From Polyangiales bacterium (lineage in GTDB: Bacteria > Myxococcota_A > Polyangia > Polyangiales > DASUME01), in assembly GCA_046598735.1 (NCBI GenBank), contig JBKJIA010000466.1, forward strand, positions 17,292-81,291: DNA of 64,000 nt, in the 5' to 3' direction. The notes under the pieces are model-generated. The model ran no database searches. It was given only the letters and a program-made list of their open reading frames with translations, and had not been told where the DNA came from. The stretch's first letter is position 1. Each line of letters opens with the position of its first letter. The translations under genes were made by a program, and so were the position numbers. This document shows positions 8,757 to 18,046 of the stretch, piece by piece.

Positions 8757-10307
8757 ATGCGTAGCGCATGCGCATCACGCCCAAGGCGTGCGCGGCTCAT
8801 CGTGCTCGGAGCTGTGTTGGGGCTGGCCTTCGCCGCTGCAGACTCAAGCGCGCAGCAGCAAGATGTGAACCCGATGGAGGTTTCGCGCGAGCACATGGAA
8901 CGCGGCCAGGCGCTGTATCAGGCCGGGCGCTTCATCGAATCCGCCGAGGAATTTTTGCGCGCCTATGAAGCGCAGCCCTTCGCGGCCTTCCTTTATAACG
9001 CGGGCGTATCGTACGAAAAGGTCGACGATCCGGGCCGCGCAGCGGATTATTTCGGCCGCTATCTGGGCGCCGATCCGCAGGCCGACGATCGCCGCGAGCT
9101 CGAGAATCGCATCGAGCGTTTGAAAGGGTTAGCGCGCGCACGCGAAACCGAGCACGTGGCGGCAGCGGCCGCCGCTCAAGCAGAACAGAGCGCCGATGCT
9201 CAGGCCGCGGCTGCTGCGCAGGCAGAGCTTGCGAACGCCAAACAGAAACTAGCGCTGCTCGAAGCACAGCTCGCGGCAGTGAAAGCCTCGGGCCAAACGT
9301 TCAAGTCGTTGTTGTCGGTGCAGACCAAGCCCGAAGACGCGACCATCACGCTCAAAGACGCTCAGGGACGACAGATCGGCAAGGGCACGGGCTCGCCATT
9401 CGCGCAGACCTTGGATGAAGGCCGCTACTACGTCGAAGTCGAGCATCCCAAGTACAAGACCATCTCCACACCGGTCTCGATCTCGCCCGGTAAGGTGTAC
9501 GTGATCATCACGGAGATGAGTCAGGGCCAATTTTTGGGCTTCTTGCGCGTGGCCACCAACGTGCCGGGCGCGCAAATCTTCGTGGACAAGAAAGAAGAAG
9601 GCGCACTCGGCAAGACGCCTTTCCAGAATGCGATGGCCACGGGCGCCCATCACGTGTGGATCGAAAAGCCGGGTTACGAAGTCGTGGAACGCGATGTCGA
9701 AGTTGGCGTGGGCGACGACGTGGAACTGCGCGTGGACTTGGTGCGCCTGAACTATGGGCGGATTCGCGTGCTTGCTAGCCGACCCGATGCGGAAGTGTTC
9801 ATCGATGGTAAGCCGATTGGACGCGTGCCTGTGGAGAGCGATGTTCGCGGTGGACCTCACCAAGTACTGGTGACGGCGCCCAACATGAAGAACTGGCAAG
9901 AGACCGTGAACGTCAGCAATGGTCAGGTCACGCCAGTGCGCGTGCGTCTGCGACCTTCGGTCAGTCGCGCGGGGGCCTGGGTGACGGCGGGCGTTGCCGC
10001 GGGTTTCCTCGGCGCGGCAATCGTGGCGGGCGTGATCGGCAAACGCGTCGAGGATGATCTGAACAAGGCGCTCGACGGCGGCATTCTGGCGCAGGACGAT
10101 CCGCGCATCTTGCGGGGCAAGATCCTCTACATCACGTCGGACATCGGTTACGGGTTGGCGGCTGCACTGGGCGGTCTTGCTACGTATTACTTCCTGCGGG
10201 ATCCATTACCTGACTCCGAAGGTCGCGCGCTCGAGTCACGTGATTGGACATTCCTGCCGGCGCTGAGCCCGCAACGTGCAAGCGCCAACTTTAACCTGAG
10301 CTTCTAG
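8757..10307 (+). CDS. TPR / coiled-coil / triple PEGA-domain membrane-anchored protein
   Basis: The ORF track starts at 8673. I prefer the ATG at 8757, which is preceded by GGAGAAGG and followed by a signal peptide (RLIVLGAVLGLAFAAADSSAQ). The protein has a TPR-like region (YQAGRFIESAEEFLRAY...), an Ala/Gln coiled coil, three PEGA-like modules (ATITLKD.., GAQIFVDKK.., AEVFIDGKPIGRVP..) and C-terminal TM segments. Confidence 0.75.
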   Translation: MRSACASRPRRARLIVLGAVLGLAFAAADSSAQQQDVNPMEVSREHMERGQALYQAGRFIESAEEFLRAYEAQPFAAFLYNAGVSYEKVDDPGRAADYFGRYLGADPQADDRRELENRIERLKGLARARETEHVAAAAAAQAEQSADAQAAAAAQAELANAKQKLALLEAQLAAVKASGQTFKSLLSVQTKPEDATITLKDAQGRQIGKGTGSPFAQTLDEGRYYVEVEHPKYKTISTPVSISPGKVYVIITEMSQGQFLGFLRVATNVPGAQIFVDKKEEGALGKTPFQNAMATGAHHVWIEKPGYEVVERDVEVGVGDDVELRVDLVRLNYGRIRVLASRPDAEVFIDGKPIGRVPVESDVRGGPHQVLVTAPNMKNWQETVNVSNGQVTPVRVRLRPSVSRAGAWVTAGVAAGFLGAAIVAGVIGKRVEDDLNKALDGGILAQDDPRILRGKILYITSDIGYGLAAALGGLATYYFLRDPLPDSEGRALESRDWTFLPALSPQRASANFNLSF

Positions 10308-10319
10308 GCGGAGGGCGGC

Positions 10320-11810
10320 ATGTCGAAGCTCCATTCATTGCGTTCTGTGCTGCTCGCGGTCTCGGCATTGTGCCACGTGCAAGCCTGCGATTGGCGCGTG
10401 TTCGATGACCTCGAAGCGGATGCACCCGTGCGCGTGCTCGACGCTCCTGACGGGTACCGCCAATCCAGGTACGGGCAGGTCGTGATCACATCGAATGGTA
10501 AGCTCGGTGGACGCGAAGTATCGCGAATCGTGGCCAGCGCGGGCGCCGAATCGCCGGTGGTGGTCCAGCGGGTTTGGAATGGTGAGGATCTGAGCTCCGG
10601 CCGCACGATTCGCTGCAAGAACAAGAACCAGTGCAACAAGGGAACGGGGATCGGAGCCACGTTGGTACCGGTGGAGGTCTGGGGCAAGAACCTCAAGGTC
10701 GACGGCACATCGCTCGAGCAGCAAGGTTGCGTGCTTTCGCCCGGCGTCCCGAACGGTTACATGTTCTGCGAAACCACGGCGTCCGCAAATCAGTTTCTCG
10801 ATCTCGGCGTACCCGTGCGCGACAAGACCACGGTGCATTTCAGCGGCGCAAGCTTACCGTCTGACCATCCGCTGGGCGTAGCGCTGGTGGCCGCGCAATG
10901 GATCGAAAATCGTAGCAACTCACCGCTCGGAGCTGAGCTCTATCGGCTGCCTGACGTGCGCTCGAGAACGGCGCCTAAGCTCGTGAAAATCGAGCTCATG
11001 GATCCCGGCACCAAGGCGCCCTTTTCCGAGAACGAAGCGCCGAACGATTTCGGCTATTCGATGGCGACGGCGACGAATGGTAAGGGGGAGCTGGTGCTTG
11101 CGATTTCTCAACCTCGCAACAACCGCGTGATCATCGCGACGTTTGATGCGAAAGAAAACGGCGACGACGTCAACAGTAAGCTGCGCACGCGCGCCTGCAT
11201 CAAGACGCCAGAGCCCAAGCTCAAGGGCTTTGGTAAGGTGCTGACCTTGGGCGACATCGACGGTGATGGCGAGCCCGAAGTGTTCATCGGCATCGACCCA
11301 CTTGACGGTCAAAACACGAACCAGGCCTTTCGGCAACGCGTCTACGTGTACGCGGGGGCGAGCATGCCCGCTGCGTCCGAAACTGAAAACGGAGTTTGTC
11401 CGCTCTGGGATGACGAGCCCGTCCACGTCGGTTGCCACAACGGCGTGCGCAGCGTGGGTTGCGACAATACAGCATTCGGCGCGGCGCTCGCCGTAGGCGA
11501 CGTCGATGGTGACGGCTTCGGCGATTTGATCGCGGGCGCGCCGAAAGCCGACGTGCAAGGCGAAACCGAGGCGGGCGTGGTCTGGATCATTCCCGGCAGC
11601 GAAGGTGGTTTGGTGTTCGACGACATGACCAACCTCTATGCAACGGGTCTTGGTAAAGAAGATCACCTGGGTACCTCGGTTGCAGCGTTGCGCACCAAGG
11701 ATCGTGACGAGCCGGTCGCAGGCGCACCCGGCGGAGAAGCGGTCTATCTCTTCATGTGCAGCAAGCTCGAGGGTGACCTGTCGCCTTCGAGTCTGTGCTT
11801 GCCCAAGTAG
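10320..11810 (+). CDS. FG-GAP (integrin-alpha-like) repeat lipoprotein
   Basis: 496 aa with a lipobox-like LLAVSALCHVQAC and FG-GAP/Ca-binding motifs LGDIDGDGEPEVFIG and VGDVDGDGFGDLIAGAP. Confidence 0.7.
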   Translation: MSKLHSLRSVLLAVSALCHVQACDWRVFDDLEADAPVRVLDAPDGYRQSRYGQVVITSNGKLGGREVSRIVASAGAESPVVVQRVWNGEDLSSGRTIRCKNKNQCNKGTGIGATLVPVEVWGKNLKVDGTSLEQQGCVLSPGVPNGYMFCETTASANQFLDLGVPVRDKTTVHFSGASLPSDHPLGVALVAAQWIENRSNSPLGAELYRLPDVRSRTAPKLVKIELMDPGTKAPFSENEAPNDFGYSMATATNGKGELVLAISQPRNNRVIIATFDAKENGDDVNSKLRTRACIKTPEPKLKGFGKVLTLGDIDGDGEPEVFIGIDPLDGQNTNQAFRQRVYVYAGASMPAASETENGVCPLWDDEPVHVGCHNGVRSVGCDNTAFGAALAVGDVDGDGFGDLIAGAPKADVQGETEAGVVWIIPGSEGGLVFDDMTNLYATGLGKEDHLGTSVAALRTKDRDEPVAGAPGGEAVYLFMCSKLEGDLSPSSLCLPK

Positions 11811-11812
11811 CC

Positions 11813-13258
11813 ATGGCGGCCGAAAAAAAGCAGGTCCTCGTCGCCGATGATGAGCCCAACTTGCGCCGTGTGCTCGCAGCGCAGCTCTCGCGCGATGGCT
11901 TCGATGTGCACGTCGCCGAAGATGGCGAACAGGCATTGCGCGTACTCGGCGAGCATCACATCGACGTGGTGATCACGGATCTACGTATGCCCAAGCTCGA
12001 CGGGATGGGTCTGCTCAAGCGCATCATCGCCGATTACTCAGACGTGCCGGTGATCATGATCACCGCGCACGGCACTGTGAACACTGCGGTCGAAGCGTTG
12101 AAAGTCGGCGCCTTCGATTACGTCACCAAACCCTTTGACCGCGCGGAATTTCAAAGCGTAGTGGCCAAAGCTGCGCGCACGCGCGAGCTTGCAGGTCAGC
12201 TGTATCTGGGCGGCTCCGAGGAGCGCGGGCGCTTTCGGCTGATCGGTGAAAGCCAAGCCATGCAAGACGTTTATCAGCTGATCGATCGCGCCGCCGACAC
12301 ACCGAGCACCGTATTGATCACGGGCGAAAGCGGCACCGGTAAGGAGTTGATCGCACGCGCGCTCCATGAGCACAGCTCCCGCAAAGACAAAGCGTTCATT
12401 CGCGTCAACTGCGCAGCCCTGCCGCCGGAGCTCATTGAAAGCGAGCTGTTTGGTTACGAAAAGGGCGCATTTACAGGCGCTGTCACCAGCAAGCCCGGCC
12501 GCTTTGAGCTCGCTGACGCCGGCAGTCTGTTCCTCGACGAAATCGGCGAGATTCCGGTCAGCATGCAGGTGAAGTTGCTGCGCGCGATTCAAGAGAGCGA
12601 GTTCGAGCGCGTGGGTGGCGTCAAAACCATTCGCGTAGACGTGCGCTTGATCGCCGCCACCAATCGCAATCTTGCAGAGGACATCGCGACCAGTCGCTTT
12701 CGCGAAGATTTGTATTATCGGCTCAACGTCGTGAACGTGCACTTGCCGCCGTTGCGCGAACGTAAGACGGACATCCCGCTCTTGATTGAGCACTTCTTGC
12801 GGCGTTTCAACACACGCTTGAAGAAAAACGTGCTGGGCGTGGATGCTATCGCCATGGACCTGCTGACGAGTCATGCCTGGCGCGGCAACATTCGCGAGCT
12901 TGAGAATGCGATCGAGCGCTGCGTTTTGTTTTGCGATACGGACCGCATTCACGCCTCGGATCTGCCCGCGGAGTTGCGCGACCAAGCACGTCCGCGCGAA
13001 TCTGGCGCGGCACCTTCGATCCACGTTCAGCTCTCGGATGCCATCGATCTTACTGAGCCGCTCGCAGAGTCCGTCGCGGATGAGGGTGGCCTTAAGGAAG
13101 CCGTGCGCGAAGCAACGCAGCGCATCGAGCGCGAGCTCATTTTGCGGGCGCTCAATCAAACGGGCAACAACGTCACGCACACCGCTCGCCTGCTCAAGAT
13201 CTCGCGCAAAAGCCTGCAGATCAAGATGAAGGAGTTCGGCCTGCGCGAGGAGGGCTAG
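11813..13258 (+). CDS. Sigma-54-dependent response regulator (NtrC family: REC + AAA+ + Fis HTH)
   Basis: The ATG at 11813 gives [17 protein letters not shown]; the ORF-track start at 11795 overlaps the upstream stop. Motifs: REC ([14 protein letters not shown]), Walker A (GESGTGKE), GAFTGA (EKGAFTGA) and a C-terminal HTH ([16 protein letters not shown]). Confidence 0.9.
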   Translation: MAAEKKQVLVADDEPNLRRVLAAQLSRDGFDVHVAEDGEQALRVLGEHHIDVVITDLRMPKLDGMGLLKRIIADYSDVPVIMITAHGTVNTAVEALKVGAFDYVTKPFDRAEFQSVVAKAARTRELAGQLYLGGSEERGRFRLIGESQAMQDVYQLIDRAADTPSTVLITGESGTGKELIARALHEHSSRKDKAFIRVNCAALPPELIESELFGYEKGAFTGAVTSKPGRFELADAGSLFLDEIGEIPVSMQVKLLRAIQESEFERVGGVKTIRVDVRLIAATNRNLAEDIATSRFREDLYYRLNVVNVHLPPLRERKTDIPLLIEHFLRRFNTRLKKNVLGVDAIAMDLLTSHAWRGNIRELENAIERCVLFCDTDRIHASDLPAELRDQARPRESGAAPSIHVQLSDAIDLTEPLAESVADEGGLKEAVREATQRIERELILRALNQTGNNVTHTARLLKISRKSLQIKMKEFGLREEG

Positions 13259-14611
13259 ATGGCGACTTCGGTCCTTATCGTCGACGACGAGAAAAACATT
13301 CTGCTGACACTCAGCCGCGCCTTACGGATGGAAGGCTTCGACGTCGATGTCGCTGGCGGCGGTAAGCTTGCGCTCGAGAAGGCACGCACGCGTAGTTTCG
13401 ATGTCGTGCTGCTCGATGTGCAGATGCCCGATATCGATGGCCTTGATGTGTTGCGTGCACTGAAAGCAGACCGCGAAGACTTGCCAGTGCTGGTCATGAG
13501 CGGACACGGCAACATCGACACGGCAGTGACGGCCACGCGCATGGGTGCGCACGATTTCATCGAGAAGCCGATCAGCACGGAACGCTTGCTCGTGTCGCTG
13601 GCGCGCGCGCTGGAGTCCAGTCGCTTGACCCAAGAAAATCGCGAGCTGCGCGAAGCTGCGGGCACTCAGGGAGCGCTGATTGGCGCAAGCGAAGCGATGC
13701 AACGATTGCGCGAGCAAGTGGCGCTCGCAGCCAATGCTCAGGCGCCCGTGTTGATCACAGGCGAGCGCGGCACCGGCAAAGAGCTGGTCGCCCACGCGAT
13801 CCACCTCGGCTCCAAACGTAAGGCAGGCCCGCTTGAAAAACTCAACTGCGCTGCGGTGCCGCCCGATCTAGTCGAAAGCGAGCTATTCGGTCACGAAGCG
13901 GGCGCGTTCACGGGTGCGACCCGACAGCGGAAGGGTAAGTTCGAGCGCGCCTCAGGTGGCACGTTGTTTCTCGATGAAGTCGGCGACATGCCCCTGCCCA
14001 TGCAAGCCAAGCTATTGCGTGTGCTGCAAGAAGGCGAGCTTGAGCGCGTGGGCGCAAGCGAGCTCGTGCGCGTCGACGTGCGCGTGGTGGCGGCGACGAA
14101 CAAGGACCTCGCCGTCGCGATGAAGCAAGGAGAGCTGCGCGAGGATCTGTACGACCGTCTGAACGTCTTACCTTTGCGCATCCCGCCGTTGCGCGAGAGA
14201 AAGAGCGACATTCCGCTACTCGTCGAGCGCTTTCTGGTGCTGGCGGGCAAGCAGAACGACAGGCCCGGCAAACGTCTTAGCGAAGGCGCGACCGCGTTGC
14301 TCGCTGCGTACGAATACCCAGGCAACGTGCGCGAGCTCAAGAACTTGGTGGAACGGCTGGTCATCCTTACGCCACAAGCCGAAGTGACCGAACGCGAGGC
14401 GCGTGCGCTCTTGCCGATCGCTGCGGGGAGTGCTGAAGGCGTCAGCTATGTGCCTGGCAAGAGCTTGCGCGACATGACCGATGACGCGGAGCGCGCATTG
14501 ATCAGACAAGCTCTCGCCCACCACTCAGGCAATGTGACGAACACGGCGGATGCGCTGGGCCTCGAGCGCAGCCACCTCTACAAAAAGATGCGCGCGCTAG
14601 GTCTACGTTAG
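13259..14611 (+). CDS. Sigma-54-dependent response regulator (NtrC family), second tandem copy
   Basis: 450 aa. The start is immediately after the stop of the previous gene. Motifs: REC (DVVLLDVQMPDIDG), GERGTGKE, EAGAFTGA and a C-terminal HTH (NVTNTADALGLERSHLYKKM). Confidence 0.9.
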   Translation: MATSVLIVDDEKNILLTLSRALRMEGFDVDVAGGGKLALEKARTRSFDVVLLDVQMPDIDGLDVLRALKADREDLPVLVMSGHGNIDTAVTATRMGAHDFIEKPISTERLLVSLARALESSRLTQENRELREAAGTQGALIGASEAMQRLREQVALAANAQAPVLITGERGTGKELVAHAIHLGSKRKAGPLEKLNCAAVPPDLVESELFGHEAGAFTGATRQRKGKFERASGGTLFLDEVGDMPLPMQAKLLRVLQEGELERVGASELVRVDVRVVAATNKDLAVAMKQGELREDLYDRLNVLPLRIPPLRERKSDIPLLVERFLVLAGKQNDRPGKRLSEGATALLAAYEYPGNVRELKNLVERLVILTPQAEVTEREARALLPIAAGSAEGVSYVPGKSLRDMTDDAERALIRQALAHHSGNVTNTADALGLERSHLYKKMRALGLR

Positions 14612-14632
14612 CTGCATGAGAGTCTGCTGAGC

Positions 14633-15460
14633 ATGCCTGACGATGAATTGAAGAGTGCGCTGCACCCCTCGGCGCCGGCTGAGCCTGACGATTTGGGCGA
14701 GCTGACCGATGACGCGATCACGGGTTCCTTTCGCATTCTGCAGCGCAAACACGGCCATCGCTATTCGCTCGATGATGTGATCACCGCCTTCGTCGCCGCA
14801 CGCGCGCTGCCTTCAGCGCAACGCTGCCTCGATCTCGGCACGGGCATCGGCTCGGTGCTGTTGATGCTCGCGTACAAACTACCGCACGCTCAATTTTACG
14901 CGGTCGAAGCGCAGACCAACTCGTTTCGCCTGCTGCAAGACAACGTGGCCCGCAACGGCTTGTCTGCACAAATCACCCTCGTGAACGGCGACTTGCGCGA
15001 CACGGTGGGACGCGCGCCGCTTACTGGCGCGTTCGACCTTGTAACCGGCACGCCACCTTACGTTCCTCCCGGTCAGGCAACACCCTCCACCGACGCGCAA
15101 CGTGCCTATGCTCGGCAAGAGTATCGCGGCGGGGTGGAAGCTTACCTTTCGGCCGCAGCACGCGTGCTCGCGCCAGAAGGTCAGGTCGTAGTCTGTGCCG
15201 ATGCGCGCTTTCCCGAACGCGTAGTGAGCTTCGGCCGCAGCGTGGGCCTGATTCTTACCGATAAGCTCGATGTGATTCCGCGAGCGGACACCAAAGGCCC
15301 TCTATTCAGCGTATTCACGCTGATCCGCACAGAGGTGCTCAGTGCGAGCCCCCACAAAGAAGCTCGCGACACGCGCTGGATCGCACGCAACGCCGACGGA
15401 ACGCGCAGTCAGGCATACCTGGATTTGCGGGCGTTTTTCGGCCTGCCCGCACGTTTCTGA
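14633..15460 (+). CDS. Class I SAM-dependent methyltransferase, TrmN6/YfiC-like (methyltransferase small domain)
   Basis: 275 aa. FRILQRKHGHRYSLDDV..., SAM motif I LDLGTGIGSVLLMLA and catalytic-type motif FDLVTGTPPYVP (TPPY in place of NPPY). The layout resembles E. coli YfiC as I remember it. Confidence 0.6.
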   Translation: MPDDELKSALHPSAPAEPDDLGELTDDAITGSFRILQRKHGHRYSLDDVITAFVAARALPSAQRCLDLGTGIGSVLLMLAYKLPHAQFYAVEAQTNSFRLLQDNVARNGLSAQITLVNGDLRDTVGRAPLTGAFDLVTGTPPYVPPGQATPSTDAQRAYARQEYRGGVEAYLSAAARVLAPEGQVVVCADARFPERVVSFGRSVGLILTDKLDVIPRADTKGPLFSVFTLIRTEVLSASPHKEARDTRWIARNADGTRSQAYLDLRAFFGLPARF

Positions 15461-15516
15461 GGCCTGCCCCAGCGGTAAGCCTTCGCACGGGCGGAAGAAG
15501 CGCATTCCAGTAAGCT

Positions 15517-16737
15517 GTGGCCGAGATGTCCGAGCAACCTCCCGAGCACAAGGCCACAAAAGCGCCCGCCAACGCGCGTCCCCGAACCTCGCTGACGAAC
15601 ACGGGCGGCGAAACGTGGGTGGCAGGCGATCCCGATATCAGCCAAGTGCTCGCCTACGCGATGCAAGTCGACGGCGTCGAGCGCGACCAGCTCACGCACG
15701 GTTTTCATAGCTACCCTGCGCGCATGCATTGGGCCACGGCCGAGCGCATTCTGAGCGCGTTCGGTCCCGATGCGACACGCGTGCTCGATCCATTCGTAGG
15801 CAGCGGCACCGTGCTCGTGGAAGCGCGCGTAGCCGGTTGCGCAGCGACGGGCGTCGACCTCAATCCGCTCGCTGCGCGTTTGGCGCGCGTGAAGTGCGAT
15901 CCGCTCGATGCCACACGCCGCGCCCAGCTCGCTACGTTCTCGCGCGAAGTCGCAGCTCGCTCCGAAGAGCGCGTGCGCGCGCGTGTGCCCGTGCACGCGC
16001 AACTGCCTGAAGGCGAAGTCGCGTGGTACCTGCCGCACGTGCTCAAAGAAATGGCGGGTTTGTTCGAGGAAATCGGGGCCGTCAAAGACGAGAGCTTGCG
16101 CGAGCGCTTGCTGATGGTGTTCTCATCGCTCGTGGTCAAGTTCTCGAAGCAACGCTCAGATACCGCCGAAGAAGAAATCGATCGACGTTTGCGCAAAGGC
16201 TTGGTCACGGAGTTCTTCGTGCGCAAGACCTCAGAGCTGTGCGAGCGATTGGAGGCGCTAGAGGCCGTTGTTACGGGCCCCTTCCCGCAAGTATTGAACG
16301 GCGATGCGCGGCGTCTGCAAGATCGCGTGGGGACAACGGCGCGCTTCGATCTCGTACTCACGTCTCCACCTTACGGTGGCACCTACGACTACGCGTCCCA
16401 TCATCAGAGGCGCTTTGGTTGGCTCGGCATCGACGGCTCGCAGTTTGCCGCGCGTGAAATCGGCGCCCGTCGACACGGCGATGCGCGTGCGCGTTTCGAG
16501 GCCGAATTACGCGCTGCCTTGAGCAGTATCCACGAAGTCACCGTGCCTGGCGCCCTGTGCATTTTCCTGATGGGCGATGCGCAGTACGGAAGCGAACGCG
16601 TACCGGCCGACGAGCTTATCGAAGCCTTGGCAGACGACGTGGGTTTCGAGCCACTGGCTCTTGCATCCCAAGAACGCGTGGACTTCGGCGGCGGTGCGCC
16701 GCGCCGCGAACATTTGATGGCCCTAGAACGCTCCTGA
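15517..16737 (+). CDS. Putative N4-cytosine/N6-adenine DNA methyltransferase (motif I before motif IV; solitary)
   Basis: 406 aa. HSYPARMHWATAERILSAFGPDATRVLDPFVGSGTVLVEA is the PF01555-type AdoMet region. About 190 aa later comes FDLVLTSPPYGGTYDY (SPPY catalytic motif). No restriction endonuclease-like neighbour is present. Confidence 0.55.
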   Translation: MAEMSEQPPEHKATKAPANARPRTSLTNTGGETWVAGDPDISQVLAYAMQVDGVERDQLTHGFHSYPARMHWATAERILSAFGPDATRVLDPFVGSGTVLVEARVAGCAATGVDLNPLAARLARVKCDPLDATRRAQLATFSREVAARSEERVRARVPVHAQLPEGEVAWYLPHVLKEMAGLFEEIGAVKDESLRERLLMVFSSLVVKFSKQRSDTAEEEIDRRLRKGLVTEFFVRKTSELCERLEALEAVVTGPFPQVLNGDARRLQDRVGTTARFDLVLTSPPYGGTYDYASHHQRRFGWLGIDGSQFAAREIGARRHGDARARFEAELRAALSSIHEVTVPGALCIFLMGDAQYGSERVPADELIEALADDVGFEPLALASQERVDFGGGAPRREHLMALERS

Positions 16738-16753
16738 GCAAAAAGTCGAGTTT

Positions 16754-17800
16754 GTGGCGGTTCGTGCCGGTTCTTGGACCTGGCCCACACGCACACGTCA
16801 TCGTCCTCTCGCGATGGCGTGTGCTCCACGTAGCGACCTTCATGGAACGGTGCTCGATGGGCGCTACCGTGTGGACGCGACGATCGGCATCGGGGGCAGC
16901 GGCGCCGTGCTCGCCGCGCAACGACTGTCAGACAGTAAGGTGGTCGCGATCAAAGTATTGCAGCAGAACGCGGCAGCCCATGCAGACTTTGCCCAGCGCC
17001 TGCGCTGCGAGGCCGAAATAGGCCGAACCCTACGGCACCCCGGCGTCGTGCGCTGCATCGACGAGGGAACGCTGTCTGACGGTTCACCTTACTTAGTGAT
17101 GGACCGGCTCGAGGGCGAAAGTCTGGCGGCCCTACTTTGGCGCCTCGGCCCGTTGCGGCTCGAACACGTCTGCGTCATCGGCGCCCGCATCGCCAGCGTG
17201 CTGCACACCGTGCATGCCCAAGGCTACGTGCATCGCGACGTCAAAACCGAGCACGTTTGGCTCTCGCGCGCGCCCGACGGCGACTTGCATCTGCACTTGC
17301 TCGACTTCGGTGTCTGCCTCCTGCCCGACGTCACAGCCATGCGCGTCTCTGCCAAACCGGGCGAGCTATTCGGAACGCCCGGCTATATGTCGCCCGAGCA
17401 GGCGCGTGGTGATGCGCCCATCGACCCGCGCTCGGACTTGTTCGCGCTTGGTGTCGTGCTGTTCGAAGGACTGACCGGTGAGTTGCCTTTTCAAGGTCCA
17501 AACCCGGCCGTGTTGATGCGACGCGTGATCGAAGAGCGTGCCCCTTACGTCGGTGCCTTGCGCAAAGATGTGCCGCAGGCCTTGGCGCAGATCATCGCGC
17601 GCTTGCTCGATCCCGATCCCAATGCGCGCATGGCGAACGCACGCAGTACCGAACGCGCACTGCTCGCGCACGCTGGCGTTGCGCACCAACAAGCACGAGC
17701 GCTGGCAGCGCGGGTGCAGCAGGTCCACGAGCCAAGCGCCGAAACGCAGCTATCGCGGCAAACTACCCCCACGCGCAATCTCGCCCTGACCGCGAGCTGA
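16754..17800 (+). CDS. Eukaryote-like Ser/Thr protein kinase (kinase domain only)
   Basis: IGIGGSGAV (G-loop), VAIKVL, YVHRDVKTEHVWL (catalytic loop), DFG and GTPGYMSPEQ (activation segment). An alternative start is the ATG at 16814. Confidence 0.85.
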   Translation: MAVRAGSWTWPTRTRHRPLAMACAPRSDLHGTVLDGRYRVDATIGIGGSGAVLAAQRLSDSKVVAIKVLQQNAAAHADFAQRLRCEAEIGRTLRHPGVVRCIDEGTLSDGSPYLVMDRLEGESLAALLWRLGPLRLEHVCVIGARIASVLHTVHAQGYVHRDVKTEHVWLSRAPDGDLHLHLLDFGVCLLPDVTAMRVSAKPGELFGTPGYMSPEQARGDAPIDPRSDLFALGVVLFEGLTGELPFQGPNPAVLMRRVIEERAPYVGALRKDVPQALAQIIARLLDPDPNARMANARSTERALLAHAGVAHQQARALAARVQQVHEPSAETQLSRQTTPTRNLALTAS

Positions 17801-18046
17801 GAACGCGGCTCGGAACGCTCGCAGATCAGCCGACCTGAAAAGGCGTACACCCGCGAGCTGGCCTTGCGCACACACTGCCACACGCGCGCTCGCGTTTGTC
17901 GACGCGAGCCCGGCGAACCTCAAGGCAAATTTGAGATAATCGTGAATGAACGGTGTACCCTTAGGCCTCGTGGGCAGAACCTCGTCAGCGGGTGAGCTGC
18001 TCCGAGTCGTTGGGTCTTTTCGGCTTTTCGCGGGGGTTTTCGAGGC

